From positions 7,961 through 71,960 of the forward strand of contig JAZQZB010000039.1 of NCBI GenBank assembly GCA_045633825.1: a stretch of 64,000 nt of DNA, written 5' to 3'. Made by a program: the position numbers and the translations under genes. The DNA comes from Alphaproteobacteria bacterium. Lineage in GTDB: Bacteria > Pseudomonadota > Alphaproteobacteria > RF32 > CAG-239. The notes beneath the pieces were generated by a model. The model worked only from the letters and a program-made list of their open reading frames with translations, did no database searches and had not been told where the DNA came from. Positions 9,349 to 19,490 of the stretch are shown here, piece by piece. How positions within the stretch are numbered: the stretch's first letter is position 1; the number at the start of each line of letters is the position of its first letter.

Positions 9349-10683
9349 ATGAAAAAATATTATATAAAGACTTATGGTTGTCAGATGAATGTTTATGATT
9401 CTCACAGAGTGGCAACTATGTTGAATGATATGGGATTGGAAGAAACATCAGTTTTAAAACAAGCTGATTTGGTTATTTTTAATACTTGTCATATCAGAGA
9501 AAAAGCTACCGAAAAATTGTTTTCCGATTTGGGAAGAACTTATCTTATAAAACAAGAAAGAGCACTTGAAGGTAAAAAAACTTTTATCGGGGTTTTGGGT
9601 TGTGTGGTTCAGGCAGAAGATGAGCAAATTGCCAAAAGAACAGGTTATGTTGATTTTGCTTTGGGGCCTTTGACTTATCATCGATTGCCGGAAATATTGA
9701 AAAAGGTTTTTGGTGATTTGGATGAGCCTATTATTGATACGGAATTTCCGGTTGAGTCAAAATTTGATTTTCTGCCGGAAAATACCTCTCAAGGAGGGTG
9801 TTCGTTTTTGGCAATACAGGAAGGATGTAATAATTTTTGCACTTATTGTGTTGTTCCGTATACTCGAGGTGTGGAAACATCTCGACCGGTTGAAGATGTT
9901 ATTAAAGAAGCTAAAATTTTGGTTGATGGCGGAACATTGGAAATTAATTTGCTCGGGCAAAATGTTAATTCTTATCATGGTGAAGGAGCTGACGGTAAAG
10001 AGAAAAATCTTGCTTATTTGTTGAACCGACTTAATGAAATAGACGGTTTAAAAAGAATAAGATATACGACATCTTATCCGGCAGATGTAAATGATGAGCT
10101 GATTGATTGTCATAAAAATTTACCAAAGTTGATGCCGTATTTACATCTTCCGATACAATCGGGCTCGGATAAGATATTAAAAGCTATGAATCGAAGACAT
10201 AATTCTTCGCAATATTTGGATATTATTGAAAGATTGCGTGAGGCGAATCCTAATTTGGGATTTTCTTCAGATTTCATTGTCGGTTTTCCGGGTGAAACCG
10301 ATGAGGATTTTCAGGCAACTTTGGATGTGGTTGATAAAGTAAAATATATTCAAGCATTTTCTTTTAAATATTCTCGCAGACCGGGAACACCTGCTTCGGT
10401 TATGCCGAATCAGGTAGAAGAAAAGATTAAAAAGGAACGTTTGATTATATTGCAGAATAAATTGTTTGATTATCAGATTAAATTTAATCAGGAATCGGTA
10501 GGTAAAATTGTGCCGGTATTGTTTGAAACTAAAGGTCGTCATAGCGGTCAGTTGGTCGGTCGTACTCCTTATATGCAAAATTTGCATGCCGAAGTAAGTA
10601 AGGATTATTTAAACAAAATAGTTGATATTAAAGTAGAAAGTGCGACAATGAATTCATTGTCGGGAACAGTTGTAAAGGTATAA
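9349..10683 (+). CDS. miaB: tRNA-i6A37 methylthiotransferase
   Basis: MKKYYIKTYGCQMNVYDS N-terminus, radical-SAM CxxxCxxC (CNNFCTYC), TRAM C-terminus. Confidence 0.95.
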   Translation: MKKYYIKTYGCQMNVYDSHRVATMLNDMGLEETSVLKQADLVIFNTCHIREKATEKLFSDLGRTYLIKQERALEGKKTFIGVLGCVVQAEDEQIAKRTGYVDFALGPLTYHRLPEILKKVFGDLDEPIIDTEFPVESKFDFLPENTSQGGCSFLAIQEGCNNFCTYCVVPYTRGVETSRPVEDVIKEAKILVDGGTLEINLLGQNVNSYHGEGADGKEKNLAYLLNRLNEIDGLKRIRYTTSYPADVNDELIDCHKNLPKLMPYLHLPIQSGSDKILKAMNRRHNSSQYLDIIERLREANPNLGFSSDFIVGFPGETDEDFQATLDVVDKVKYIQAFSFKYSRRPGTPASVMPNQVEEKIKKERLIILQNKLFDYQIKFNQESVGKIVPVLFETKGRHSGQLVGRTPYMQNLHAEVSKDYLNKIVDIKVESATMNSLSGTVVKV

Positions 10684-10687
10684 AACT

Positions 10688-11653
10688 ATGGCAGAAATTT
10701 CTTTTGAATTATTTAATAATACATTGGTTCAACAAATGGTAGGGGCACAAGATGCAAACTTAAAGTTGTTGGAAAAAATTATCGGAGTAGAAATAATATC
10801 GGTCGGTAATAACATTACTATCAAAGGCGATAAAACTTCTATTGAACAAGCAAAAACTGCTATTGATGTTTTATATAATAAAGTAAGTCGCGGAATCGAA
10901 ATCGGTGAACAAGAAGTTAAAGCAGTCGTAAGACTTAGCGGTGATAATGTTGATTCACAAACTGCTCAAGATTTGAGTAATATTGTCCTAAAAACTAAAA
11001 AACGCCATATTTATCCTCGTTCGGCTACTCAAGCAGAATATATTCAAACCATGATGCAAAATGAGTTGGTATTCGGTTTGGGGCCTGCCGGTACCGGTAA
11101 AACTTATTTGGCGGTGGCTCTGGCGGTTTCCATGATGCTTGAAGGTACAATCGATAAAATTATCTTATCTCGTCCTGCTGTTGAAGCCGGTGAAAATTTG
11201 GGCTTCTTGCCGGGTGATTTGAAAGATAAGGTCGATCCGTATTTGCGTCCGTTGTATGATGCTTTGTATGAGATGTTGCCGGCTGATCAAGTAGATAAGA
11301 AAATTGCTTTGGGCGAAATCGAAATTGCACCTTTGGCATTTATGCGCGGTCGTACCCTTTCAAATGCTTTTGTGATTTTGGATGAGGCTCAAAATACAAC
11401 CCCTATGCAGATGAAAATGTTTTTAACTCGTTTGGGTGAAAATTCTCGTATGGTGGTAAACGGTGACCTGAGCCAAGTTGATTTGCCCAGAGGAGTAGTT
11501 TCAGGTTTGAGAGATGCTTTGGATGTCTTGAAAGGAACTTCTAATATCGGTTCGGTAAGATTTAGCGCAACAGATGTGGTTCGTCATGGTTTGGTGGCTA
11601 AAATTGTTAAGGCCTACGAAGAAAAAAGTAAAAAAGAATATGGTGATGAATAG
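10688..11653 (+). CDS. phoH: PhoH-like ATPase
   Basis: Walker A GPAGTGKT; conserved miaB-phoH-ybeY order. Confidence 0.9.
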   Translation: MAEISFELFNNTLVQQMVGAQDANLKLLEKIIGVEIISVGNNITIKGDKTSIEQAKTAIDVLYNKVSRGIEIGEQEVKAVVRLSGDNVDSQTAQDLSNIVLKTKKRHIYPRSATQAEYIQTMMQNELVFGLGPAGTGKTYLAVALAVSMMLEGTIDKIILSRPAVEAGENLGFLPGDLKDKVDPYLRPLYDALYEMLPADQVDKKIALGEIEIAPLAFMRGRTLSNAFVILDEAQNTTPMQMKMFLTRLGENSRMVVNGDLSQVDLPRGVVSGLRDALDVLKGTSNIGSVRFSATDVVRHGLVAKIVKAYEEKSKKEYGDE

Positions 11654-12164
11654 TAGCTCTCTCAATATAATAGTCGATGAAGAAGCTTGGAAAATTAAGT
11701 CGGATGATTTTGAAAATCAGGCAAATAGGGTTTTACAAGCTTCTTTAGATTTTTTGGCCGAAAATGATTTGGGCTTTGAGGGGTGGAATAATAAACCCGT
11801 TATAATAGGACTATCATTGAGTAATAATAAAGAAGTTCAAAAGCTTAATTGTGAGTTTAGGGGAAAAGATAAAGCAACTAATGTGTTGTCTTTTGCCAAT
11901 ATTGATGATGAGGTTTTTGAAAGTGAATTTTTATCGGAAGATGTTGTAGAACTCGGCGATATTATAATGGCTGTTGAAACATTGGAAGAAGAGGCAAATA
12001 TAAAAAATATATCGTTGAAGGATCATTTTTCTCATTTGTTGGTACATGGTATTTTACATTTGTTCGGTTATGACCATATTGAAGATGATGAAGCTGATGA
12101 AATGGAAAGTATTGAAATTGATATTTTGAAAAAATTAGGTGTTGCAAATCCGTATGAAGAATAA
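11640..12164 (+). CDS. ybeY: Endoribonuclease YbeY
   Basis: HGILHLFGYDH zinc-binding motif; 14-nt overlap with phoH. Confidence 0.9.
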   Translation: MVMNSSSLNIIVDEEAWKIKSDDFENQANRVLQASLDFLAENDLGFEGWNNKPVIIGLSLSNNKEVQKLNCEFRGKDKATNVLSFANIDDEVFESEFLSEDVVELGDIIMAVETLEEEANIKNISLKDHFSHLLVHGILHLFGYDHIEDDEADEMESIEIDILKKLGVANPYEE

Positions 12165-13680
12165 GTTGCTGCAAATATTGTTCTGGTTGCAAAAGTACAA
12201 AAAATTATGTGCTTTTATTTTTGGAGGTTTGAGTGTTTTGGCATTTGCTCCTCGTTTTTGGGTCTGGTTTGCTTTTATCGGTTTTTCCTTATTGATGTAT
12301 TTGTCAGTAAATACATCTTCTAAAAAAGATTTGTTTAAAATCGGTTATGCGTTTGGTTTTGCACATTTTGCTTTTGGTTTTTCATGGGTAGGAAATGCTC
12401 TTTTGATTGATGCGGCAAAGTTCGGCTGGCTTTATCCTATTACGTTTTTAGCTTCCGGTGCTTTTTTCGGTTTGTTTTTTGCAGTACCCGTGATGTTAAG
12501 CGGTTTGGGAAAAACAAATGTGCAAAAATGGTTGATGTTTTGTTCGTCGTTTGTTTTGTTGGAATGGGTAAGAAGTTTTATTTTTACCGGCTTTCCATGG
12601 AATTTGGTCGGTTATACTTTGGCTTTTTCAGATGAATTGATACAAACAGCATCAGTAGGCGGAACTTATTTGCTCTCACTTATCGGTATTATGGCATATA
12701 GTATTTTCGGAATTGTAAATAAAAAAAATGTAGTAACGGTGATTGTGGCAGTGATGGCGATTTTTGCAATTATGTGGGGTGGTGGTTGTTGGCGTATAAA
12801 AGGTTATGATATTGAGGAAAGTGATGTGGTTGTTCGTTTGGTACAACCGAGTATTCCCCAGACAATGAAATGGAGTAGAGAAGTTCGAGAACAAAATTTT
12901 GTTGAACATATAAGTTTATCAGGGAAAGGAAATGGTAAAATTCCTGATTTGATAGTATGGGGCGAAACAGCTTCGCCATTTATTTTGGATCGTGATGAAT
13001 TTCATCGGAATATGTTAAAACCTCTTTTGGCTAAAGGAAGCTATTTGGTTACCGGAATGATTACTTATGAACAGAAAGAAGACAGATTTATTCCGTATAA
13101 CTCAATGGTGGTTTTTAATAATAATGCAGATCCGGTAGGATATTATCATAAATCGCATTTGGTGCCGTTTGGAGAATATATACCTTTTAGAGAATATTTA
13201 CCTGATTTTATTAAGCCGGTGGCTAATGCTATAGGTGAGTTCGGACAGGGAAAAGGTCCGAGTGTGATGAGGTTTGACGGTTTGCCTTCGTTAGGCGGAA
13301 TAGTTTGTTATGAAGCTATTTTTCCAAATGAGGTTATTGATAAAGATAATAAGCCTGATGTTTTGATAAATGTTACTAATGACGGTTGGTACGGTAATTC
13401 TGCAGGCCCCTATCAGCATTGGGTGGCTACAAAATTGCGCACGGTTGAGAGCGGAATTGAAATAGTTCGTGTTGCTAATAACGGAATTAGCGGTGTTATA
13501 AATTTTTTGGGACAAGAAAAAAATAGTTTAGCTTTGAATGAAAAAAATTTTCTTGATGTAAATTTAGATAAAAATCCGGAAATTAAAACAATATATACTC
13601 AAGTCGGAAATCTTTTAATCGTAAGCTTTTGCTTGATTTTATTGTTTTTTGGTTTTATAAATATGAAATATAAAAATTGA
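12139..13680 (+). CDS. lnt: Apolipoprotein N-acyltransferase
   Basis: N-terminal TM bundle plus C-terminal nitrilase/CN-hydrolase domain (VCYEAIFP). The true start may be the ATG at 12154. Confidence 0.85.
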   Translation: MLQIRMKNKLLQILFWLQKYKKLCAFIFGGLSVLAFAPRFWVWFAFIGFSLLMYLSVNTSSKKDLFKIGYAFGFAHFAFGFSWVGNALLIDAAKFGWLYPITFLASGAFFGLFFAVPVMLSGLGKTNVQKWLMFCSSFVLLEWVRSFIFTGFPWNLVGYTLAFSDELIQTASVGGTYLLSLIGIMAYSIFGIVNKKNVVTVIVAVMAIFAIMWGGGCWRIKGYDIEESDVVVRLVQPSIPQTMKWSREVREQNFVEHISLSGKGNGKIPDLIVWGETASPFILDRDEFHRNMLKPLLAKGSYLVTGMITYEQKEDRFIPYNSMVVFNNNADPVGYYHKSHLVPFGEYIPFREYLPDFIKPVANAIGEFGQGKGPSVMRFDGLPSLGGIVCYEAIFPNEVIDKDNKPDVLINVTNDGWYGNSAGPYQHWVATKLRTVESGIEIVRVANNGISGVINFLGQEKNSLALNEKNFLDVNLDKNPEIKTIYTQVGNLLIVSFCLILLFFGFINMKYKN

Positions 13681-13705
13681 TTTGCTTTTAATGAAAGGAC
13701 AATGA

Positions 13706-14197
13706 ATGATAATATCGCCAAAAAAAGCATCTCGAGGAAGAACTCCTTCGGGCGCACCTAATCCTATAGATGTGCACGTCGGTAATCGTATTCGTATGCG
13801 CAGAAATTTGCTCGGTTGGAGTCAAGAAAAATTGGGTAGTTTGTTGGGCTTGACTTTTCAACAAGTTCAAAAATATGAAAAAGGATTAAATCGAGTTAGT
13901 GCAAGTCGTTTGTGGGATTTTAGTACTGTTTTAAGTATTCCGGTTTCTTTCTTTTTTGAAGATATGGATCAAGGAATTGCTCAACAAAGTCCCAGAATGT
14001 TTAGTAATAGGGATGTAGTTAATCTAAATGAAGAAGTTGATAGTTTTAATGATGATCCGATGAGAAAAAAAGAAACTTTGGATTTGGTTAAGGCTTATTA
14101 TAAAATTGCTAATCGTCAGGCAGCAAGACATTTGTTTGATTTGATTATTGCTATGTCTAAAACTCAATATATGTGTAATAAAAATGATGAAGAATAG
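13706..14197 (+). CDS. XRE-family HTH transcriptional regulator
   Basis: LGWSQEKLGSLLGLTFQQVQKYEKG helix-turn-helix; conserved position after lnt in alphaproteobacteria. Confidence 0.85.
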   Translation: MIISPKKASRGRTPSGAPNPIDVHVGNRIRMRRNLLGWSQEKLGSLLGLTFQQVQKYEKGLNRVSASRLWDFSTVLSIPVSFFFEDMDQGIAQQSPRMFSNRDVVNLNEEVDSFNDDPMRKKETLDLVKAYYKIANRQAARHLFDLIIAMSKTQYMCNKNDEE

Positions 14198-14216
14198 TTT
14201 TTGATGTCTGTTTTAA

Positions 14217-14250
14217 CAGGTGCTCTTTGTTGTTAAAGAGCACCTTTTTT
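14217..14250. terminator. Bidirectional terminator (ggtgctctttgttgttaaagagcacctttttt)
   Basis: Perfect 10-bp stem between convergent genes. Confidence 0.65.
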
Positions 14251-14482
14251 AATTGTTTTTGCATCTTTTATCAGTGGCTCTGTCGGAATTTGGAATATCT
14301 TCTTCATCGCCGAAATTGTACATATTTTTTTCAAATTCACATTCATCATCAAGCCCTATGATGCTATCGATAAGGCGCATCTTTTTTAAAGGTTTTATTG
14401 AAAAATCTTTGTTGTCGATTTCAATATATTCATGAGAGGAATAGTCTTTGATTATTTTTTTATTGTGTTTTTCCGGTATCAT
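14249..14482 (-). CDS. Hypothetical small acidic protein (about 77 aa)
   Basis: ATG at 14482 with aggaga RBS 8 nt upstream. The longer ORF-track start at 14599 lacks an RBS. Confidence 0.4.
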   Translation of the reverse strand: MIPEKHNKKIIKDYSSHEYIEIDNKDFSIKPLKKMRLIDSIIGLDDECEFEKNMYNFGDEEDIPNSDRATDKRCKNN

Positions 14483-14592
14483 ATTTGTTCTCCTGTTAAA
14501 TTTATGTAATATGTAGTATTTGATTTTTATTTTTCCACATAATGTCTTTTTTTTCTTGAGGTTATTGGTTTGTTTTTTTAATATCACTGGCA

Positions 14593-15336
14593 GTGGCATC
14601 TCAAATGAGAGAAATGTTTATGTGGAAAATAAAGGCTAAAAAACCTGATTATAATAAAGTTTTTAAGCAAATTAAGCGTCGCTTAAATTGGGAGGCAAAT
14701 TGGCGTGAGGCTGATTTGTTGTATCAGCAGTTAAGTAAAGATAAGTCTTTTAAAAAAGAATTGTTAAGAAAAGCAATTCATTTAAGTTCTCTTTGGATAC
14801 CTGCTGCTATTTATTTTATGCCTAAAATTGTGCTTATTCCTATATTGGTGATTATTTTAACCGGTAATATTATTTTGGAATATGGCAATTTTAAGAAATA
14901 TTCATGGGCTAGAAAGTCTTTCGGAGTTTTGTTTTTCAGAACACTTCGTAATAAAGAAATGTCGAGAGAAAATTTTCAGTTTACGGGCGCAATATATGTT
15001 TTAACGTCGGCTATTTTATGTTTGTGTTTTTTCGGAAAAGAAATTGCATGCATAGCTTTAACCGTTATGTTGATTTGTGACAGTGTTGCGGCGTTGATAG
15101 GGCGTTCGGTAGGTAAAGTTAAGATTTATAAGAATAAAACTTTAGAAGGAACCTTGGCGTTTTTTATTGTGGCATTGATTATCAATTTGTTGTTTTGGCC
15201 GATTTATCCGTTTACGATAAAAAGTTTGGTTGCTTGTTTGGTAGCAACATTAGCAGAGTTATATGAAGATAAGATAGAAATTGATGATAATTTATCTGTT
15301 CCGATGTTTTTCTCGGTTGTTTTGACTTGGTTTTAA
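14593..15336 (+). CDS. CdsA/dolichol-kinase-like cytidylyltransferase-family membrane protein
   Basis: Multi-TM protein with the CDSVAALIGRSVGK motif characteristic of the CTP-transferase family. Confidence 0.5.
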   Translation: MASQMREMFMWKIKAKKPDYNKVFKQIKRRLNWEANWREADLLYQQLSKDKSFKKELLRKAIHLSSLWIPAAIYFMPKIVLIPILVIILTGNIILEYGNFKKYSWARKSFGVLFFRTLRNKEMSRENFQFTGAIYVLTSAILCLCFFGKEIACIALTVMLICDSVAALIGRSVGKVKIYKNKTLEGTLAFFIVALIINLLFWPIYPFTIKSLVACLVATLAELYEDKIEIDDNLSVPMFFSVVLTWF

Positions 15337-15339
15337 TAT

Positions 15340-16407
15340 TTATAGAGTGTTTTCAATAATGCCCCCGCCTAAAATTGTGTCATTGTTGTTTAATACAACG
15401 GATTGTCCGGAGGTTATGGCACTTTGCGGTGATAGAAATGTTATTTTAACATTGTTATTTTCACTTGTGTTTACAATAACATCACAAGGTTGTTGTGATG
15501 AGCGGATACGAGCTTGACAGTGAAATTCTGTTTTGGGGACCGGAATATGCCAAATAAAATCAGAAGCAATAAGGCTTGATTGAATACAGTCTTCAGCATA
15601 GCCTAAAATTATTTCATTTTTTTCTTTATTGATATTTATGACATATAGCGGACGGTCGGCCGAAACTCCGAGACCTCGTCTTTGGCCGATGGTATATTTC
15701 CAATAGCCTTGATGATGTCCTAATATTTTACCGTCTTTATTGATAAAATTTCCTTGTTTTGGTGTAAATTGTAAAATATCGTTAAGGTCGCCGGAGTAAA
15801 AATCTTGGCTGTCCGGTTTGTCGGATACTTCTAATCCTGCTTTTTTGGCAAGTTCTCTGATTTTGGTTTTATCCATATTGCCCAAAGGTAAAAGGATTTG
15901 AGAAAGTTGTTCTTGGCTTAAACGGTACAGAAAATATGACTGGTCTTTTTTATTGTCGGTACCTCGCAAAATTTGATACATTCCGGTTTGCTCGTTTTGT
16001 TGAATGCGGGCATAGTGGCCGGTTGCAAATTTGTCAAAGATGATGCCTTGTTGTTTGGCAACGGCGGGTAATACCGAAAATTTGATTTTCTGATTGCAAA
16101 CGACACAGGGATTTGGGGTGCGACCGGAAAGATATTCGGAACGGAAATTTTGAATAACGATTTTCTTAAATTCTTCGGTGCAATCAACAACAATATGCGG
16201 AATGTTTAAGTTTTGGCAGATGCGTTTTGCTTGGGCAATATCTTCTTCGTGAGAAGAAAAACAACCTTTGGAGGTTAATTTTTTGAAGGTTTCACTTTCG
16301 TCCCATATATTCATGGTTGCGCCGATTACTTCATGGCCTGCTTCTTTTAAGATTAAAGCGGCTACCGAAGAATCAACACCTCCACTCATGCCTACCAAAA
16401 TTTTCAT
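15340..16407 (-). CDS. mnmA: tRNA-specific 2-thiouridylase
   Basis: PP-loop GMSGGVDSSVAA; C-terminal conserved cysteines. Confidence 0.95.
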   Translation of the reverse strand: MKILVGMSGGVDSSVAALILKEAGHEVIGATMNIWDESETFKKLTSKGCFSSHEEDIAQAKRICQNLNIPHIVVDCTEEFKKIVIQNFRSEYLSGRTPNPCVVCNQKIKFSVLPAVAKQQGIIFDKFATGHYARIQQNEQTGMYQILRGTDNKKDQSYFLYRLSQEQLSQILLPLGNMDKTKIRELAKKAGLEVSDKPDSQDFYSGDLNDILQFTPKQGNFINKDGKILGHHQGYWKYTIGQRRGLGVSADRPLYVININKEKNEIILGYAEDCIQSSLIASDFIWHIPVPKTEFHCQARIRSSQQPCDVIVNTSENNNVKITFLSPQSAITSGQSVVLNNNDTILGGGIIENTL

Positions 16408-16422
16408 TTTATTATACCTTTG

Positions 16423-17145
16423 TTAAATGCGTTCAAAGTCTAAAAATACCGGTTTGCGACCTTCACGAATGGCTTTTCGTTGATATTTGGTTTCTACCCA
16501 ATCGGCAGGAGGGTTGCGCCAATCATCAGATGTATGTGCAGTCCATTTAAAATTAGTGTCTTCATGTAAACGGCGAAGTGTCCAACTTTTGTATACTTTG
16601 TGATCGGTGGCAATACGTAAGATTCCGCCTTTTTTGAGCATGCGGGCGATTTCTTTTAAGTTGTCGGGATTAACAAAGCGACGGGAGGCATGACGTTTTT
16701 TGGGCCACGGATCAGGAAAAAGTAAAAATACTTTACTTAATAAGCCGTCGGGAATTTGTTGAAAAAGAATGCGAACATCATCACTCCAAATTCGGACATT
16801 GTCACAGCGGTCGGGGAGAAGTTTTATAACTTCAGGCATATCGGCATTTTCTTTGATTCCGGTCATCAATGTTAAAAGATTGGCAACACCATTTTTGAAA
16901 ACTTCGGCACCGATAAATCCGATATGATGATTTTTTTGTGATTGACCGGCGATATGTTCGCCATTACCGAAACCGATTTCTAAATATATTTCGTTTACAT
17001 CTTTGCCGAAAATTTCTTTTGAAATTTCGGTATTTGTATTAATGGCTACTTCGGGCAAAAATCTTTCAAGCAGACCTGATTTGGCTTTTCTGATTTTGCG
17101 TCCTTGGCGGCGACCGTAAAATTTTGGTTTGTCGTTTGTCGGCAT
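16423..17145 (-). CDS. trmB: tRNA (guanine-N7)-methyltransferase
   Basis: EIGFGNGEHIAG SAM-binding motif and conserved C-terminal region. Confidence 0.9.
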   Translation of the reverse strand: MPTNDKPKFYGRRQGRKIRKAKSGLLERFLPEVAINTNTEISKEIFGKDVNEIYLEIGFGNGEHIAGQSQKNHHIGFIGAEVFKNGVANLLTLMTGIKENADMPEVIKLLPDRCDNVRIWSDDVRILFQQIPDGLLSKVFLLFPDPWPKKRHASRRFVNPDNLKEIARMLKKGGILRIATDHKVYKSWTLRRLHEDTNFKWTAHTSDDWRNPPADWVETKYQRKAIREGRKPVFLDFERI

Positions 17146-17312
17146 TTTGTATTCTCTTAAGTTTTTTAATTTTTTATTTTGCTCATATTATCAAATTTGT
17201 GTTGATTGGCAAGTAAAATATCAATTAGGTGATATCAGAAAGATTTATTGTTTTTTATTGTAAAAAAATTATTTCAAAATGTGTTATTTTTAATAAAAAA
17301 ACGGAGGTTATT

Positions 17313-17636
17313 ATGGAAACAGTTTTAAGAACTTCGGAAAATGCTAAAAAATGTTTGTGTATGGGATGTCCGTCTTATACAACTAAATGTAAGGTTAAAA
17401 ATTATCCGATAAATATGATGAAACTTATTGACGGTGTGGAAAATATTGAGCATTTTGAAAAGCTTTTTTGCGCTTTCGGTAAAAGTAATTGCATTACGGA
17501 AAATAGAGGATGTTTGTGTGAACAGTGTGATGTTTATAATGAAAATAATTTATCAAAAGAAGACTATTGTTTGGCAACCGGAGGTTTGGATTGCGGCGTT
17601 TGCAACGTTAAGGAAAAAAATACTAAAAAGCATTGA
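17313..17636 (+). CDS. Cys-rich small protein (CLCMGCPSY...C...CLCEQC), DUF2769-like
   Basis: ATG at 17313 with ggagg RBS; 12 cysteines in 107 aa arranged in CxC/CxxC pairs. Confidence 0.5.
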   Translation: METVLRTSENAKKCLCMGCPSYTTKCKVKNYPINMMKLIDGVENIEHFEKLFCAFGKSNCITENRGCLCEQCDVYNENNLSKEDYCLATGGLDCGVCNVKEKNTKKH

Positions 17637-17644
17637 GATAACAA

Positions 17645-18094
17645 ATGCCGAAAAATATTGTAGATATATATAGGCAAGTTTCGGGTGATGAAGAAAAAGG
17701 AGATTTTAATAAAGTAATATCTTTTTGTGAAAAAAATAAAGAGTGTCGAGATGATACTTCGTTAAAGAAAAATGTTTTGATGTTTTGGTCATATAAGAAA
17801 ATTGCCGAGTTTTACGAAAGGGATAAAAAATATAAAAAAGCCTATGAGTTTTGGCAAAAAGCTTTGAGCGTGGCTTTTAAATCATCAACAAAAATAAAAA
17901 TTGCATATCGGTTGTTGGCTTTGATATCAAAGATACGTCAACCGATGAGTGAAAAAGTACAAGAGATAGTTCGTGTTTGCGATTTTTTGCAAAAAGAATA
18001 TATAGTTTCCGGTAATAAGGAAAATGCTTTGAGAATCTCAAAGTTGCAAGAAAAAGCATTAAATTTGCTTAATAAATCAAAATATTTGCATTAA
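17645..18094 (+). CDS. Hypothetical helical (TPR-like) protein
   Basis: ORF of 149 aa with helical repeat-like composition. Confidence 0.45.
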   Translation: MPKNIVDIYRQVSGDEEKGDFNKVISFCEKNKECRDDTSLKKNVLMFWSYKKIAEFYERDKKYKKAYEFWQKALSVAFKSSTKIKIAYRLLALISKIRQPMSEKVQEIVRVCDFLQKEYIVSGNKENALRISKLQEKALNLLNKSKYLH

Positions 18095-19488
18095 TCTTTG
18101 CACAAAATTTTGTATTCGGCAGTTTTGTTATCAAGCATTTTGCGATTGTCGTCTTTTAAGGGGGCAAATTTGCGGGCGATAACATATTGCGGAAGAAGTT
18201 TTTTGATTTCTTCTATCGGTAAAGACCATGCAGATGGTTTGATGCGGATTGCTTTACCTTGTCCGGCAGAAACTTTTGGAGTGATTTCTCCGGTTGCGGC
18301 GTCTTCAAATTCACTTAATGTCAGTTTGATGTTTTGTAATTCGTTAGGTGAAAGAAATTCTATTTCTTCGCCGGAGTTGATGTAGTTTCTGATTTCAAAA
18401 ACAGCTTCATCACCTTGCCATTCAATGATTGAACCGGCAAAAAGCCAGTCACCCAATGTGCGAGTATATTCATAATTTTGGGAAATGTTGGTAAGTTTGC
18501 CGTCATGGAAGCCAAGACAGTAGCCACGATTTTGTAAGGTGTCCAGTTCGTGCATATAATTATTATAATCCCAGTTGTCAGGTGAATTATACCAATCGTC
18601 TATTGCTTTGCGATATACTCGAGCAACCGTTCCGGCATAATATTCGGTTTTATTGCGGCCTTCGACTTTCAGGGAATCGATACCGGCAGAAAGTAAATCA
18701 GGCAGACGAGGCATTAAGCACATATCTTTTGAGTTTAGAAAATATCCGCCGTGTTCGTCTTCGACAACCTCAAAATATTCACCGGGACGAAACTCTTCTT
18801 CGAGTAAAAATTCAAAAGAATCTTTATTGTTTTCATCAATGGTGAGTTCTTTTATCGAACCATCTTTTAAGCGGAGATGAAGTTTATAATGCCAACGGCA
18901 ACAGTGAGCGCATTTGCCTTGGTTAGCAGAACGATCGGCTAAATAGTTTGAAATCAGACAACGGCCGGAATAAGACATGCACATCGCACCGTGCATAAAT
19001 GTTTCAATCAGAATATCAGGGCATTTTTCTCTGATTTCTTTAGCTTCGGCAAAAGTAACTTCACGCCCTAAAACGCATAATTTTGCTCCTTGAGATTGCC
19101 AAAATTTGACAGCTTGCCATGAGCAAATATTGGCTTGAGTCGAAACAAATAAATTTAATTCTGGTGCGGTTTCTTTGACATATTGAAATACACCAGGGTC
19201 GGCAATTAAAACTCCATCCGGTTTCAGTTCTCGTAAAGTTTCAACAAAGGTGGGGAGTTTTTCGACATCACGGTTATGCATAAAAAGGTTTAAGGTTAAA
19301 TATATTTTTTTGCCTTTTGAATGCACAAAGTCGATGCCTTCTTTAAGATCTTCCATAGAAAATTTTGATTGAGCACGTAAGCACATGTCCGGAGTTCCTG
19401 CATATACGGCATCTGCACCATATAAAATAGCTGTTTTTAATTTTACTAAAGAGCCTGCGGGTAAAAGTAATTCTGCTTTTTCTAACAT
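18091..19488 (-). CDS. Peptidase U32 family protein (collagenase-like, PrtC/YhbU)
   Basis: N-terminal LLAPAG..AI.AGADAVY-type motif (LLLPAGSLVKLKTAILYGADAVYAG) plus conserved Cys cluster. Confidence 0.8.
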   Translation of the reverse strand: MLEKAELLLPAGSLVKLKTAILYGADAVYAGTPDMCLRAQSKFSMEDLKEGIDFVHSKGKKIYLTLNLFMHNRDVEKLPTFVETLRELKPDGVLIADPGVFQYVKETAPELNLFVSTQANICSWQAVKFWQSQGAKLCVLGREVTFAEAKEIREKCPDILIETFMHGAMCMSYSGRCLISNYLADRSANQGKCAHCCRWHYKLHLRLKDGSIKELTIDENNKDSFEFLLEEEFRPGEYFEVVEDEHGGYFLNSKDMCLMPRLPDLLSAGIDSLKVEGRNKTEYYAGTVARVYRKAIDDWYNSPDNWDYNNYMHELDTLQNRGYCLGFHDGKLTNISQNYEYTRTLGDWLFAGSIIEWQGDEAVFEIRNYINSGEEIEFLSPNELQNIKLTLSEFEDAATGEITPKVSAGQGKAIRIKPSAWSLPIEEIKKLLPQYVIARKFAPLKDDNRKMLDNKTAEYKILCKD

Positions 19489-19490
19489 GG